In this document: positions 63,480-64,000 of the stretch, piece by piece
Numbering within the stretch: position 1 is the stretch's first letter
Layout of the letters: every line of letters begins with the position of its first letter
IMG/VR virus record: IMGVR_UViG_3300032225_001595
Span: 7,935-71,934 of that record
DNA: 64,000 nt
Source: a virus
Taxonomy: Duplodnaviria > Caudoviricetes
Reading direction: 5' to 3' (one strand)
Position numbers and translations under genes: made by a program
Notes under the pieces: generated by a model
The model's database searches: none
The model's input: only the letters and a program-made list of their open reading frames with translations
What the model was told of the DNA's origin: nothing

Positions 63480-64000
63480 ATGGCTGTTGTTAGAGTTAAA
63501 TTTAGGCGGGGAACTGATGCGGAGTGGTCTGCTAAAAATCCTATTCTTCTTGATGGTGAAGTTGGCGCGGTCACTACAGGAACTAATAAAGGTAAGTTTA
63601 AAGTTGGTGACGGAGAAACCGCGTGGAATGATTTAGCGTTTGCTGTCGGATCGGTTGGTCCACAAGGCCCACAGGGACCAGCTGGTGCAAATGGTGCAAC
63701 TGGTGCAACTGGTGCAACTGGTGCTAAGGGTGATAAAGGCGATACTGGTGCCACTGGTCCGGTAGATCCACAAGCGTCAGTTAACGCTGCTAATGCACTA
63801 ACTACTGCCAATAATGCTTTTTCTAGCGCTACTGCTGCTGTTCTGTCAGCTAACACCGCTGTTGCATCTGCCACTGTTGCGTTCCTGCAGTCCAACACTG
63901 CAATCGCTAGCGCTGCAACAGCTATCGCTACAGCGAACACTGCGTTCACGCAGTCCAACACTGCAATCGCTAGCGCTGCAACAGCTATCGCTACAGCGAA
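63480..64000 (+). CDS. Fibre protein, 3'-truncated: Mtd/hyaluronidase-type N-terminal domain, collagen repeats and Ala/Thr coiled coil
   Basis: [29 protein letters not shown]...[14 protein letters not shown]; [10 protein letters not shown](ATG)n; no stop before the window end (missed by the ORF track). Confidence 0.8.
   Translation, partial: MAVVRVKFRRGTDAEWSAKNPILLDGEVGAVTTGTNKGKFKVGDGETAWNDLAFAVGSVGPQGPQGPAGANGATGATGATGAKGDKGDTGATGPVDPQASVNAANALTTANNAFSSATAAVLSANTAVASATVAFLQSNTAIASAATAIATANTAFTQSNTAIASAATAIATA
63887..64000 (+). repeat. Exact 63-bp tandem repeat inside the last CDS
   Basis: GCAGTCCAACACTGCAATCGCTAGCGCTGC... at 63887 and 63950, identical to the window end. Confidence 0.9.

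Noticed and set aside
46526-64000. Diversity-generating retroelement suggested by the Mtd-type N-terminal domain
   Set aside because: No reverse transcriptase and no template/variable repeat pair differing at adenines found in the window; it could lie outside.
1-64000. Alternative genetic code (stop reassignment)
   Set aside because: All core genes are full length in code 11, and TAA, TAG and TGA all occur at coupled gene ends.

Overview
A 64 kb segment of a large contractile-tailed (myovirus-type) dsDNA phage, most likely infecting Actinobacteria. Host evidence: two WhiB genes, leaderless TANNNT-N6-ATG starts, and actinobacterial-type GreA and SigA fragments; the overall style resembles freshwater actinophages. 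Layout: (1) 1-10.4 kb, plus strand: a giant 5'-truncated protein carrying a GreA coiled-coil tip, an antisense tRNA-Ile(UAU), a nucleotidyltransferase, an M15 endolysin, a glycosyltransferase, degenerate HAD and TGT-like proteins, and class II RNR. (2) 10.4-14.3 kb, minus strand: a glycan-synthesis operon. (3) 14.3-25.9 kb, minus strand: an early-type array of small genes (WhiB, gp88-like, DUF932, two mini sigma-region-4 proteins) with several repeated regulatory elements, headed by ~99-bp tandem palindromic repeats at the transcription divergence point. (4) 26-37 kb, mostly plus strand: Dps, ParB-like, lysozyme-like, HNH, HAD, an inverted WhiB/SLT pair, holin-like and KTSC genes. (5) 37.5-64 kb: the morphogenesis module from terminase to baseplate and fibre genes. 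Top leads: the GreA catalytic tip grafted into a >940-aa phage protein; three covarying intergenic H-type pseudoknots; stand-alone SigA-region-4 mimics next to a palindromic repeat array; a dispersed 13-17 bp motif; a UAU-anticodon tRNA; and a candidate +1 frameshift at the tail chaperone. All family assignments come from motif recognition and memory; no database searches were run.
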